Below, in pieces: positions 8,674 through 18,578 of a stretch of 64,000 nucleotides of DNA (position 1 is its first letter; the number at the start of each line of letters is the position of its first letter). Made by a program: the position numbers and the translations under genes. The notes below the pieces were generated by a model. That model was given only the letters and a program-made list of their open reading frames with translations. It had not been told where the DNA came from and did not search any database. Origin of the DNA: Chloroflexota bacterium (GTDB lineage Bacteria > Chloroflexota > UBA11872 > VXOZ01); NCBI GenBank assembly GCA_963662335.2, contig CAXXVD010000003.1, positions 576,001 through 640,000 of the forward strand, written 5' to 3'.

Positions 8674-9945
8674 CTAGCACGAAAGCGCCTGCTTCCGCGC
8701 CTCGTCCCGGTTTGCCTCGCTGGTGCGGCCCATGGCGCGGTAGATTTGGGCGCGGATGCTGTAGACGTCGCGCTCGTTGGGTCCGCTTTCCGCCGCCGCG
8801 TTGGCGTCGGCCAGGGCCGCATCCAGCCGGTCCTTGGCCAGGAAGACCTTGGCGCGCCCCACGTAGGCCCAACTGGCGTTATCGCTCAGTTGCAGCGCTC
8901 TATCCGCGTCGGACTCGGCCGCGCTGAGATTGCCCAGGCCAAGCTGGGCCAGCGAGCGGGTATCGTAGCACTCGGCGCACTCATCGTCGATCTCAATCGA
9001 CCGGTTCGCGTCCTCCAGCGCCTGCTCATACCGGCCGGCCTTGGCGTACGCCCACGCGCGGGCGTTGTAGCCATAGCTGCCCTCCGGCGCCATGGTTATC
9101 TCGCGCGTCGCGTCGTCGATGGCGTCCTCGTACTGCTCCAGCGCCAGGTAGACGGCAATGCGCGCCAGGTACGCCCCCGCCAGGCTGGGCGCCATTTCCG
9201 TAATCACGTTGGCGTCGGCCAGCGCGCTCATGCACGCGCCCACCTTGACGCCCAGATACGCCCGCACGCGGTAGGCCTCCAGGTTTGCCGGATCCAGGAG
9301 AATGGCGTCATCGGCGTCGGCGAGCGCTCGCTCATACTCGCCCATCCCCTGGTACACTTTTGCCCGGGTCAGGTAGCGATGGCCGGTCTCGCTATCCAGC
9401 GAAAGCGCCTGGTTGGCGTCGTCCAGCGCCCGTTCGTAGTCTTCCCGCAGCAAATAGATGTGGGCGCGCAGGCCATAGGCGTCGGCCATACTGGGGTCGG
9501 CCGCGATTACCACGTCCAGGTCTTCCAGCGCCTTGCTCACGCGGTTGAGTTGCAGCGCCACCAGAGCGCGCAGCAAGCGGTACTGCAAGTTCTCGCCGTC
9601 CAGTTCCACCGCGCTGTCCAACTCGCGCATGGCGCCGTCGAAATCGTACTCGTTGAGGTACGCGGCCGCGTTTTGGTAGTGCTCCAGCGCCGCCGCTTCC
9701 GGCCCGCCGCGCATATTGGCAACGGTCTGCTGCTGGAGCGGCTGCAGGAAGCGCGGGTAGATGACGAAGGCGACAAGCGCGACGGCGGCGATGATGCCAA
9801 CGACGATGATGCCGAGCATGCGCTCGCGTTGGGACTTCCACTGCGCCTCCAGGTCGTCAGGGTCGGAGTCCCGAGGGCCGCGCGGCGGTTGCGCGCCGTT
9901 GCCGTCCTCATCCGGGGGCATTTGTTCACTCATAGTACCCTCCAC
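8674..9945 (-). CDS. Membrane-anchored tetratricopeptide-repeat protein
   Basis: One N-terminal TM helix followed by about nine 34-aa TPR units (AY..RA..Y....YE.AL.DA..A). Confidence 0.9.
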   Translation of the reverse strand: MEGTMSEQMPPDEDGNGAQPPRGPRDSDPDDLEAQWKSQRERMLGIIVVGIIAAVALVAFVIYPRFLQPLQQQTVANMRGGPEAAALEHYQNAAAYLNEYDFDGAMRELDSAVELDGENLQYRLLRALVALQLNRVSKALEDLDVVIAADPSMADAYGLRAHIYLLREDYERALDDANQALSLDSETGHRYLTRAKVYQGMGEYERALADADDAILLDPANLEAYRVRAYLGVKVGACMSALADANVITEMAPSLAGAYLARIAVYLALEQYEDAIDDATREITMAPEGSYGYNARAWAYAKAGRYEQALEDANRSIEIDDECAECYDTRSLAQLGLGNLSAAESDADRALQLSDNASWAYVGRAKVFLAKDRLDAALADANAAAESGPNERDVYSIRAQIYRAMGRTSEANRDEARKQALSC

Positions 9946-9972
9946 GCCAGCGCAATCGGAACAGCGCCGCCG

Positions 9973-10866
9973 TCACGCCTTTGCTACTTTAGGAAACTCC
10001 ACCCACGACGTTACGTCCAAGCCGCAATTGGCGGCCTGGCCGATGCGCACGTCGCCATAGGCGCTGATGAGCATGAAGCCCTCATGGTAGGGCAGGTCCA
10101 GTTCCCGCGCCAGCAGCGCCGACATGTCCGCCACCGCCTCACGGGTGGCGATTTCCAGTGTCTCGCCGTGGCCGTAGGTAATCCACGATGTTTCCGTTTC
10201 CCACCACACCTTCTCCCAACCGGCGTTCTTCACCACCTCGATCTGCACGGTCACGTCGGCGGAGATTTCGATCGCGCCGCCGGTGGCTTCCGCGTCGCCC
10301 ATAGCGGCGTGCACGTCGCCCAGGCCGAACTGCGCGCCCGGTACCCACACCGGCAGGTGCACCACCGTGCCTTCCGCGACGCTGTTGCAGTCCATGTTGC
10401 TGCCGTTGACGTCGGGGTCGGCGGTGTAGACCACCCGGTCCGGCAGCGCCGTGCCCACCACGCCGACCATGGGCCGGGCCGGCAGGCGAATGCCGTTGTC
10501 GAGCACGAGGGAGTCGCCCTCCACGTCCACCATGACAATGGCGGGAAAGTCCGCCGCGTCGTTCAGGATGCCGAATCCGGGCGTAAAGCGCAGGATGCCG
10601 GGCGGCACCAGTTTTATCTCTTCGATGCGGACGTTCAACCCATCGCCGGGCAGCGCGCCGCGCACGGTCACCGGCCCGCACGCCGGGTTCGACTCGCGGG
10701 TCTTGCGCACGGAGAGGTAGTAGTCCAGGTCTTCGCGGCGCTTGATGCGTCCGGTGGAAGAATCGTGGGTCTCGAGCGTGAGGCGGTCGCCGGAATCGAT
10801 CTCGGCTATCGCCGGTACGTCTTTGTCGAAGCTGTACGTGTAGTGCTCCCGCGCGATCCGCTGCAT
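9973..10866 (-). CDS. Acetamidase/formamidase family protein
   Basis: NPACGPV.V.GA.PGD, PMVGVVG, N(G)SNMD, GDVHAAMGDAE motifs; start placed at ATG 10866. Confidence 0.88.
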   Translation of the reverse strand: MQRIAREHYTYSFDKDVPAIAEIDSGDRLTLETHDSSTGRIKRREDLDYYLSVRKTRESNPACGPVTVRGALPGDGLNVRIEEIKLVPPGILRFTPGFGILNDAADFPAIVMVDVEGDSLVLDNGIRLPARPMVGVVGTALPDRVVYTADPDVNGSNMDCNSVAEGTVVHLPVWVPGAQFGLGDVHAAMGDAEATGGAIEISADVTVQIEVVKNAGWEKVWWETETSWITYGHGETLEIATREAVADMSALLARELDLPYHEGFMLISAYGDVRIGQAANCGLDVTSWVEFPKVAKA

Positions 10867-11050
10867 CGTCCGCCTTTCCGCGCCGCCGTCAGCGGCCCGC
10901 CTGCTACCGGCGCTGCCAATTCGCATTCTCTACGGGGACAATAGCACAGACACGCGGCGCATGACTAGGCAGCGCCGCCAGTATCCGTTATTGCCATGAG
11001 AATAACGCGACCGAGTGCGCCCTTGCCCTGAAAATCGCGCCTCATGCTCC

Positions 11051-11120
11051 GTCATTCCCGCGAAAGCGGGAATCCACTGCGTGCGTGGCGAAGATGGATT
11101 CCCGCGTTCGCGGGAATGAC
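11051..11120. repeat. Inverted REP doublet GTCATTCCCGCGAAAGCGGGAATCC ... GGATTCCCGCGTTCGCGGGAATGAC
   Basis: Direct reading; same family at 26813, 48024 and 58489/59574. Confidence 0.85.
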
Positions 11121-11203
11121 GGTCAGCCCCGTTTTCATTCCCCTGGGTGGCCGACGCGCTGCCATGGTGATTGCCATGCGGCCGTCCTCGACGGCAAATG
11201 GCG

Positions 11204-11231
11204 GTAGGGGCACGGCATGCCGTGCCCCTAC
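11204..11231. repeat. Perfect 28-bp GTAG-type palindrome GTAGGGGCACGGCATGCCGTGCCCCTAC
   Basis: Direct reading; related copies at 30369 and about 30470. Confidence 0.85.
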
Positions 11232-11292
11232 CGCGGGGCGGTGTTTTGTCCGGGGTGTTAGCGCTTTCACTCACTTGTGTAGCCGCCGCGCG

Positions 11293-11301
11293 TGGTATAA
11301 T
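11293..11301 (+). promoter_or_regulatory. Extended -10 promoter (TGgTATAAT) for recJ-rel
   Basis: TGGTATAAT about 45 bp upstream of the recJ start; AAGGA RBS follows. Confidence 0.6.
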
Positions 11302-11346
11302 ACCTGCAAAGGATTACTGCATTGACATTCTAAACAAGGAAACTCC

Positions 11347-13080
11347 ATGCTCGCGCCCCGCTACGAGTGGCACGTCGCGTCCCGCGCGCCGGACCCGCTT
11401 TTCGCCGCGTTTCCGGCGCGCACGCCCCTGGTCGTGCAACTGCTCTACAACCGTGGGTATACCACGCCGGAGACCATTCACGGCTTCTTCACGGGCGCGG
11501 ACGTGCGGGAGCACGACCCATTTCTCCTGAAGAGCATGGATGCGGCGGTTGACCGCATCCTGCGCGCGATTCGGGACGGCGAGCAAATCGGCGTCTTCGG
11601 CGACTACGATACCGACGGCATCACCGCCGCCGTGATCCTCAAAGAGGCGCTGGAGTGCCTCGGCGCGCGGGTCATCGTCCAATTGCCGCACCGGGTGGCC
11701 GACGGCTACGGCTTGACCGAACGCATCGTCGCGGCCCTGGCCGCGCGGGGAGTGAGCCTGCTGGTCACCGTAGACTGCGGCATCAGCGCGGTGGAACCGG
11801 TGGCCGCGGCGGCCGCACGGGGCATTGACGTGATCATCACCGACCACCACCAGCCGCCGCCGCAATTGCCGGACGCGCAGGCCGTCATCAATCCCTGGCT
11901 CCCCGACTGCACCTACCCTTTCGCAGAACTCTGCGGGGCCGGTCTGGCGTACAAACTCGGCTGCGCCCTGCTCGCGGCGGCCGGGCTTGACGGCGAATCC
12001 CAGGCGTTCGCAACTGCCGAACTCCGCGCGCTCGCCGCGCTCGCCACCGTGGCGGACGTGGTGCCACTGCGCGGCGAAAACCGCGCGCTCGTTGCGGCCG
12101 GCATCGAGGCGCTGCGGCGCACCGCGCAGCCGGGACTGCGGGCGCTCATGGACGTTGCCGGCGTGCAGCAGGCAGCCATCGACAGCCGCAGCATCGGCTT
12201 CGCGCTGGCCCCGCGCCTCAACGCCGCCGGGCGCATGGCGCATCCCAGCTTGGCCTACGCGCTTTTAACTACCAAGGATCCGGGCCGCGCCGAGGACCTG
12301 GCGGCGGAGTTGCAGCAACTCAACCGGCAGCGCCAGGACGAGACGAAGCGCCTGATGGACGAAGCCCAGCGCCAGGTAGCGCCGGGCCAGGCAGACGAGG
12401 CGCTGCTCTGGGTGGAAGGCGGCGACTGGCCGGCCGGCATCATCGGCCTGGTGGCGGGCCGGCTCAGCGAGGAATACGGCAAACCGACCCTTGCCGTCGC
12501 GGTGGGTGAGGCGGAAGCGGTGGGTTCCTGCCGCAGTATCCAGGGCTACGACATTGCCGCCGCGCTCGCCGCGCACGGCGGCCTGATGCGGCGCCACGGC
12601 GGGCACCCGCAGGCGGCCGGCTTTGCCGTTGCGAATGAACGGCGCGCCACGCTGCGGGACGCGCTGCAAGCCGACGCCCGCCACGCGCTGGACAGCGCGG
12701 CGTTGCAGCCGCAACTGGCCATCGACTGCCAGGTGCCGGCGCAGCGCCTGAACCTGGATACCCTCGCCGACATCAACGTGCTCGCCCCCTTTGGCGCGAG
12801 CAATCCGGAACCGCGCTTCCTCAGCCGCGGCCTCAAGGTGAGCAACAAGCGCACCGTCGGCGCCAACCACCTGCGCGCCACCTTCAAAATCCGGGACGGC
12901 GCGTCCGTGACCGGTATCGGCTTCAACATGGCCGATCGCGCCCGCGGCCTGCGGCAAGGGCACGCGCTCGATGTGGTATATTCGTTGCAAGAGAACACGT
13001 GGGGCGGCTTTTCGCGGCTGGAGTTCGTCTTGCAGGACTTGCAGACGGCCGGCTTCGACCGCGGCGCCCCCGGCCAGTAG
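11347..13080 (+). CDS. recJ: Single-stranded-DNA-specific exonuclease RecJ
   Basis: GDYDTDG, TVDCG, TDHH, ADVV, PRLNAAGR, GGH..AAG, PFG..NPEP. Confidence 0.96.
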   Translation: MLAPRYEWHVASRAPDPLFAAFPARTPLVVQLLYNRGYTTPETIHGFFTGADVREHDPFLLKSMDAAVDRILRAIRDGEQIGVFGDYDTDGITAAVILKEALECLGARVIVQLPHRVADGYGLTERIVAALAARGVSLLVTVDCGISAVEPVAAAAARGIDVIITDHHQPPPQLPDAQAVINPWLPDCTYPFAELCGAGLAYKLGCALLAAAGLDGESQAFATAELRALAALATVADVVPLRGENRALVAAGIEALRRTAQPGLRALMDVAGVQQAAIDSRSIGFALAPRLNAAGRMAHPSLAYALLTTKDPGRAEDLAAELQQLNRQRQDETKRLMDEAQRQVAPGQADEALLWVEGGDWPAGIIGLVAGRLSEEYGKPTLAVAVGEAEAVGSCRSIQGYDIAAALAAHGGLMRRHGGHPQAAGFAVANERRATLRDALQADARHALDSAALQPQLAIDCQVPAQRLNLDTLADINVLAPFGASNPEPRFLSRGLKVSNKRTVGANHLRATFKIRDGASVTGIGFNMADRARGLRQGHALDVVYSLQENTWGGFSRLEFVLQDLQTAGFDRGAPGQ

Positions 13081-13099
13081 GAGTGCAAGGGGTTTTCCT

Positions 13100-15517
13100 A
13101 TGGCGCTCGTCCACACTGCCGCGTCGCTTGCGGAGCCGCGCCTGCGCACTATTGACGAGTTGCTGGCGGCCGTAGCCGCCTATGCCGGTGAGCAACCGGC
13201 GGCGCGCAAGCGAGAGCTTGACCGCATTCGCCAGGCCTACGCCTTTGCGGCCCGCGCCCACGCCGGCCAGGTGCGCAAGTCCGGCGAACCCTTTTCACAG
13301 CACCCGCTCTGCACCGCCCTGCTGCTGGCCGAAATCCGCATGGACGCCAGCACGATCTGCGCCGGCTTGCTCCACGACTGCGTGGAAGATACCGAGGTCA
13401 CGCTGGACGACGTGCGCGCCCAGTTCGGCGACGACGTGGCGTTGCTCGTGGACGGCGTCACCAAGCTCACCCAACTCGATTTCCTCAACCTGGAGGACAC
13501 CCAGGCCGAAAATCTGCGCAAGATGTTTCTGGCCATGGCGCGGGACATCCGGGTGGTCATCGTCAAACTGGCGGATCGACTGCACAACATGCGCACGCTC
13601 GCCTACGTGGAACCGGAACGCCAGCGCCGCAAGGCGCAGGAAACCCTGGAAATCTACGCGCCGCTGGCAAATCAACTGGGCATGGGGCAGTGGAAGTGGC
13701 AGTTGGAGGACGCGGCCTTCAGAGTGCTCCACCCGGACGTCTTCCGGCAGATCGAAGCCACGCTGGCGGAAAGCTCCCTGGCGCAGAACGACGTGCTGCA
13801 AGAAGCGGTGCAGACTCTCACCCACGAGCTTGAGAAGGCGGGCATCCAGGGCGAGGTCAGCGGACGGCCGAAGCACATCACCAGCACGTGGTTCAAGATG
13901 CAGCGCAAAGGCGTGGGCATCCTGGAGATCTACGACCTCATCGGCGTGCGCGTGGTCGTGAGCACCGTGCAGCAGTGCTACGCCGCGTTGGGATTGGTGC
14001 ACACGCTGTGGAAGCCGATACCCGGCCAGTTCGACGATTACATTTCGGTGCCCAAGTCGAACAACTACCGCTCGCTGCACACCGCCGTGATTGGCCCGGG
14101 CGGACAGCCGGTGGAGGTGCAACTGCGCACCCAGCACATGCACCAGGAAGCGGAGCTTGGCGTGGCCGCCCACTGGCGCTACAAAGAGGGTGAGCGGGGC
14201 GCCAATGTGCAGGAGCGCCTGGCTTGGCTCCGGCAGTTGCTGACCTGGCAGGAAGAGCTTTCCAGCGCGCGCGACTTTGTGGAGACCGTGAAGGCGGACA
14301 TCTTCCAAGACCAGGTCTTCGTGTTTACGCCCCGGGGCGACGTGAAAGACCTGCCGGCCGGCTCTACCCCGATTGACTTTGCCTACCGCATCCATACCGA
14401 CGTGGGGCACCGCTGCCTGGGCGCGAAGATCAACGGCCAGATCAGGCCGCTCGATACGGAACTGCAGAACGGCGACGTGGTCGATATTCAGGTGAGCAAA
14501 GCGCCCAAAGGCCCCAGCCGCGACTGGATCAACGTCGTCAAGAGCAGCCACACCCGCGAGCGCATCCGCCAGTGGTTCAAGAAGCAGGAGCGAACCGAGA
14601 ACGTCGCCCGCGGCCGGGAGATGCTGGACAAGGAAATCAGGCGCCTGGGACAGGGCGACTTGAATAGCGTGGACGATGCCCGCTTCCGCACGCTCTGCAA
14701 GTCGTTTACCTTCCACACGGCGGAAGACCTCTTTGCCGCCATTGGCTACGGCGCCATTTCCACCCAGCAGGTGGTGGCCAACCTGAGCCGTTCCGGCGAG
14801 CAGGCCGCGCCCGCGAGCACAGAACCGGAATTCTTGCCCACGGAGCCGCGCGCGGATAGGACCACCGGCACCGTGCAGGTCATGGGCGAGGGCAACATGC
14901 TCACGCGCCTGGCAACCTGCTGCAAGCCGCTGCCCGGCGATCACATCGTTGGCTACATTACCCGGGGCCGGGGCGTCACCGTCCACCGCCGCGACTGCCG
15001 CAACGTGCACGGCGCCAAAGACAAGGAGCGCCTGGTGCCGGTGGACTGGGGCGACCAGGTCATTTGCCAGGAAGCGCGCAACCTGCCGCTGCACCTGGCG
15101 CAGTGCTGCGGCCCGCAGGCGAGCGATAAGATACGCGGCTACGTTGTTGACGGCAGCGTGGAAGTCCACCGCAGCGACTGCCGCCGCATTCGCCAGAACG
15201 GCCCGCCGGGGACGCTGGTCACCGTTTCCTGGTCCCGCGCCAGCAAGCAAAACGCCCTCTACCCGGTGGCCCTGCGCGCCGAGTGCCTGGACCGGCCGGG
15301 CCTGCTGCGCGACATCAGCGCCGTTGTGACGGAAGAGAAGTTCAATATCAGCGCCGCCAGCGTGCTCACCGACGGCGGCACGGCCACGATTACGTTTACC
15401 GTGGAAGTAAGCGGCGTGGGCCGCCTGGCCGACCTGATGGCCAAGATCGAGCGCGTGAACGGCGTGGTGGGCGTCCAACGCGACGTGCGCGCCGACCGCC
15501 CGCGGCGCGGGAACTGA
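13100..15517 (+). CDS. rel: Long RelA/SpoT (p)ppGpp synthetase/hydrolase with duplicated RIS/zinc-finger domain
   Basis: LLHDCVED hydrolase, KLADRLHN, YRSLHT, EVQLRT, AAHW.YK, TGS (DFAY.IHT.VG), two CC...H...C modules, ACT; start ATG 13100. Confidence 0.95.
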   Translation: MALVHTAASLAEPRLRTIDELLAAVAAYAGEQPAARKRELDRIRQAYAFAARAHAGQVRKSGEPFSQHPLCTALLLAEIRMDASTICAGLLHDCVEDTEVTLDDVRAQFGDDVALLVDGVTKLTQLDFLNLEDTQAENLRKMFLAMARDIRVVIVKLADRLHNMRTLAYVEPERQRRKAQETLEIYAPLANQLGMGQWKWQLEDAAFRVLHPDVFRQIEATLAESSLAQNDVLQEAVQTLTHELEKAGIQGEVSGRPKHITSTWFKMQRKGVGILEIYDLIGVRVVVSTVQQCYAALGLVHTLWKPIPGQFDDYISVPKSNNYRSLHTAVIGPGGQPVEVQLRTQHMHQEAELGVAAHWRYKEGERGANVQERLAWLRQLLTWQEELSSARDFVETVKADIFQDQVFVFTPRGDVKDLPAGSTPIDFAYRIHTDVGHRCLGAKINGQIRPLDTELQNGDVVDIQVSKAPKGPSRDWINVVKSSHTRERIRQWFKKQERTENVARGREMLDKEIRRLGQGDLNSVDDARFRTLCKSFTFHTAEDLFAAIGYGAISTQQVVANLSRSGEQAAPASTEPEFLPTEPRADRTTGTVQVMGEGNMLTRLATCCKPLPGDHIVGYITRGRGVTVHRRDCRNVHGAKDKERLVPVDWGDQVICQEARNLPLHLAQCCGPQASDKIRGYVVDGSVEVHRSDCRRIRQNGPPGTLVTVSWSRASKQNALYPVALRAECLDRPGLLRDISAVVTEEKFNISAASVLTDGGTATITFTVEVSGVGRLADLMAKIERVNGVVGVQRDVRADRPRRGN

Positions 15518-15672
15518 GCGCACGTGCGCGAAACGGGGATTGACTGCCGCCGCAGTAGCTAGGTGTCGCAGGCGGCACGTTATGCAAAGCTACGCTTGCC
15601 ACAATTCTCGCCGGCGCTCATGCACTGCAAAGGACGCAGAGCGCCGTTGGAAAGGAGACTGACAGAATCACC

Positions 15673-16257
15673 ATGGCCACTACCATTTCCGCACCGGCAA
15701 TCGCGCCGACCCGCCGCCGTTTCACCGTGGCCGAGTATTACGCCTTGGCCAAGAGTGGCATCCTGGCTGCAAGCGAACGGGTTGAATTGCTGGAGGGAGA
15801 CATAATCGTCATGCCGCCTATTGGCGACTGGCACGCAACTTGCGTTGACCGCTTTACCAATACGCTACCGCTTCGCTTGCAGGGGCGGGCCATCGTGCGC
15901 GTTCAAGGCCCGACTCGGCTGAATCTGCGCAGCGAACCGCAGCCGGACGTGATGCTGCTTCGCTGGCGAGATGACTTCTACCGGGGAGGCCACCCTAGCC
16001 CCGGTGACGTGCTGCTGTTGATTGAGGTTGCTGACACCAGCGTCGACTACGACCGCGGCGCCAAGTTAACTGCCTATGCCCGCGCCGGCATCCCGGAAGT
16101 GTGGATTGTCATGCGGGAGAACCGCCGCATCGAAGCCTACACCGGGCCGGAAGGGGACACATACACGCAGACGCGGCAGGCCGGTCCCGGCGCTAGCATT
16201 GCGCCGGAGGCGTTCCCCGACCTGGTCTTGGAAGTCAACCAGGTTGTGGCCGGCTGA
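15673..16257 (+). CDS. Uma2 (DUF820) family putative endonuclease
   Basis: RVELLEG.I..M.P...H, EPQPD, LLIEV.D.S..YD...K...YA.AGIPE.W. Confidence 0.92.
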   Translation: MATTISAPAIAPTRRRFTVAEYYALAKSGILAASERVELLEGDIIVMPPIGDWHATCVDRFTNTLPLRLQGRAIVRVQGPTRLNLRSEPQPDVMLLRWRDDFYRGGHPSPGDVLLLIEVADTSVDYDRGAKLTAYARAGIPEVWIVMRENRRIEAYTGPEGDTYTQTRQAGPGASIAPEAFPDLVLEVNQVVAG

Positions 16258-16338
16258 CGCGGCGGAGCGGCGCACACGTCCACTGTGAAAGAGCCATAGG
16301 CGCTTCCAAATCGACGAGACGATGCTGGAGTTTCAACC

Positions 16339-17052
16339 ATGGCAACGACTGGAACCATCACCAACGCTTGGAAAGTAAGAACGCTGCCGGACATCTTCTA
16401 TGAAGATCCGGAGCCAATCGAGGACGGCATGCTGCAAGACCCGTTCATTCGCCGGATCGCCTATCTGCTCGCTGAGCGCTACGAGGACTCTCCCGACGTG
16501 TTCGTCTCCAGCGGCGGCTTCGTCTTCTACAATCCCAAGAACGGCAACGAGCGGGTCGCGCCTGACTGCTACATCGCCTTCGGCGTGGACGTGGCGGCCA
16601 TCTACGAGAACCTGCCCAACTACTGGATTTGGGAGATTGGCAAGCCGCCTGACTTCGTGCTGGAAGTGGCGTCCAAGAGCACGGCTCAGCGCGACCTGGG
16701 GGTGAAACGAGCGCTCTACGAGCGCTTGGGCATAGCCGAGTACTGGCGCATGGATCCGACCGGCGGCGACTTCTACGGCCAGCCGCTGGCGGGCGACCGG
16801 TTGGTCGACGGCGCGTATGCGCCGTACGAACTAGAGATTGGGCCGGCAGGTACCGTGCGCGGCTACAGCGCGTTGCTGGACGTGGTGTTCTGCTGGGACG
16901 GACGGGAATTCGACGCGCTCGACCCTGAAACCGGCAAGACGATCGGCAAGCGGGAAGCGGCTGAAGCCCGCGCGGAAGCTGAGCGCCAAGCGCGTCTTGA
17001 AGCCGAAGCCGAACTCGCCCGGCTGAGAGCGCAACTCCGCGAACGGGATTAG
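16339..17052 (+). CDS. Uma2 (DUF820) family putative endonuclease with coiled-coil tail
   Basis: APD, KPPDFVLEVAS.ST...D...K...Y..LGI.EYW..DP; C-terminal AEARAEAE tail. Confidence 0.92.
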   Translation: MATTGTITNAWKVRTLPDIFYEDPEPIEDGMLQDPFIRRIAYLLAERYEDSPDVFVSSGGFVFYNPKNGNERVAPDCYIAFGVDVAAIYENLPNYWIWEIGKPPDFVLEVASKSTAQRDLGVKRALYERLGIAEYWRMDPTGGDFYGQPLAGDRLVDGAYAPYELEIGPAGTVRGYSALLDVVFCWDGREFDALDPETGKTIGKREAAEARAEAERQARLEAEAELARLRAQLRERD

Positions 17053-17113
17053 GCCGTATTGGTGGGCGCGCGGCGCCAATGAGCCTGCGCTCAGAATGCG
17101 CAGCGGTTCCCGC

Positions 17114-17737
17114 TCAATCCAAGTCCAGCGCGTGAGGATTGAATCCGGCGATGTCGAACATAGAGTAGGCGTAGCCGCTGGTCTGGCCGGCGAACGCCGA
17201 AGCGGTTAGCGGCGCGGCGGGTGTTTCCAGCGCCATCTGGGCGAAGTACTTGCTAACCGGCGCGAGTTCCGCCAGTGCCTCGTATTCGTGGGCCGCCAAG
17301 AACTCGGCGCGATCAACCTCCACCCCGTCGCATTCCGGCCCGCCCCCAAGGTCCTTGAGCGCGAACACGATGTACACGTTGCTATCGCGCTCGTTGAGGC
17401 TGTTGCGCGCGGCCAGGATGCCTTGCACTTCGCTGCGGACTCCCGTCTCTTCATACATCTCCCGCACCACCGCCTCCTCGAACGGCTCGTCCTGCTCCAC
17501 GTAGCCGCCCGGAATGGTCCAGCGGCCCTTGCCGGGGTCTTGCCCGCGCCGGATGAAGAGCACCTTGTTGTCGCGCACCACGATGCCGCCCACGCCCAAC
17601 GAAAACGTGCTGAAGTGGATGAAGCCGCATGACTGGCAGGCGGCGCGCTGCCGCCCGCCTTCCGGCCGCAGCGCGAGCGCCTGGCCGCAGCGGGGACAGT
17701 AGCGGTAGTGGTTGGGCACAATCGGGAGTCCTGCCAT
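17114..17737 (-). CDS. NUDIX hydrolase with N-terminal zinc ribbon
   Basis: CPRCG...CQSC ribbon and Nudix box GGYVEQDEPFEEAVVREMYEETG; start ATG 17737. Confidence 0.92.
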   Translation of the reverse strand: MAGLPIVPNHYRYCPRCGQALALRPEGGRQRAACQSCGFIHFSTFSLGVGGIVVRDNKVLFIRRGQDPGKGRWTIPGGYVEQDEPFEEAVVREMYEETGVRSEVQGILAARNSLNERDSNVYIVFALKDLGGGPECDGVEVDRAEFLAAHEYEALAELAPVSKYFAQMALETPAAPLTASAFAGQTSGYAYSMFDIAGFNPHALDLD

Positions 17738-17914
17738 GTCACCTATTCGCTCTTGGCTCTTGGAAACGCTTGACTTGATGATAGGGCGCGCCGCGGGGTC
17801 GGTCAACAACCCGGAGGCATCCGCATTGGCTGCGCCGTGTTCCTTGCTGGGCGCGCCGCCGTGTGATAGCATTAATGCACCCTCCGCTCGCTTACCCCCA
17901 GCGCAAGGATACGC

Positions 17915-18529
17915 ATGTCTTCTCCGGTAGAGCAGCGTCGGTCGCGGCGCGCGCGCACGCGCAGGACGGGTTCCGCAACCGCACCGCCGACCGCCATACC
18001 GCGCATCGAGCCTATCCTCACTTCCGCATCTACGCGCGGCGCCGCGGAGCCCCTACAAAAGCCGGCTGCCGCGAGAGCGCTGTCGCCGGCCGCGCGCGCC
18101 AGACGCCCCCGGACGCGGCGCGTCTCCACGCCCAAGCGGGCCTTTTCTTTCCGCCGGTTCGTGCCGGGCTGGCTGGTGCGGGCAGTTGTCATGCTCGCCC
18201 TCGTCGGCGCAAGTTGGCTCGGGCTGACGTGGGTGATGGTTACGCAAGATCCGGCCCAAAGCGGCAGTCGCGTGTTCTTCCTGGCCGCGGTATTCGCCAC
18301 CGTCTTCGTTACCAGCCTGCCGGTCATGCACCGCATCTTTTCGTGGTTCGCGCCCTCGCGCTTGCAGCAAGGCAATCCGGTGCTGGTGGCCGGCCACTCC
18401 TTTCTGTTGGCCAGCTTTCTCGTGGCGAACTTGAGCCTGCTGCTGGTGGGAAGTTGGAACGTGACCATGTTTATTCTCATCTCCGCGCTCGCCGCCGTGG
18501 TGGAATCGCTCTTCCTGGCGCGCAAGTAA
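17915..18529 (+). CDS. Hypothetical membrane protein (basic N-terminus, about 4 TM helices)
   Basis: Four hydrophobic helices in the C-terminal half; AAGGA RBS; co-oriented with the next gene. Confidence 0.65.
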   Translation: MSSPVEQRRSRRARTRRTGSATAPPTAIPRIEPILTSASTRGAAEPLQKPAAARALSPAARARRPRTRRVSTPKRAFSFRRFVPGWLVRAVVMLALVGASWLGLTWVMVTQDPAQSGSRVFFLAAVFATVFVTSLPVMHRIFSWFAPSRLQQGNPVLVAGHSFLLASFLVANLSLLLVGSWNVTMFILISALAAVVESLFLARK

Positions 18530-18578
18530 GCGGGGCCGCCCGGCGCCGGGTCTACGACGAAGCCGGCTACGGATCGCT

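Noticed and set aside
8746-10944. Very long alternative-frame ORFs (e.g. 8746..10944 +, 13295..15523 -, 3865..5616 -, 30515..32041 +)
   Set aside because: Antisense shadows of well-supported genes, expected in high-GC DNA; no recognisable motifs.
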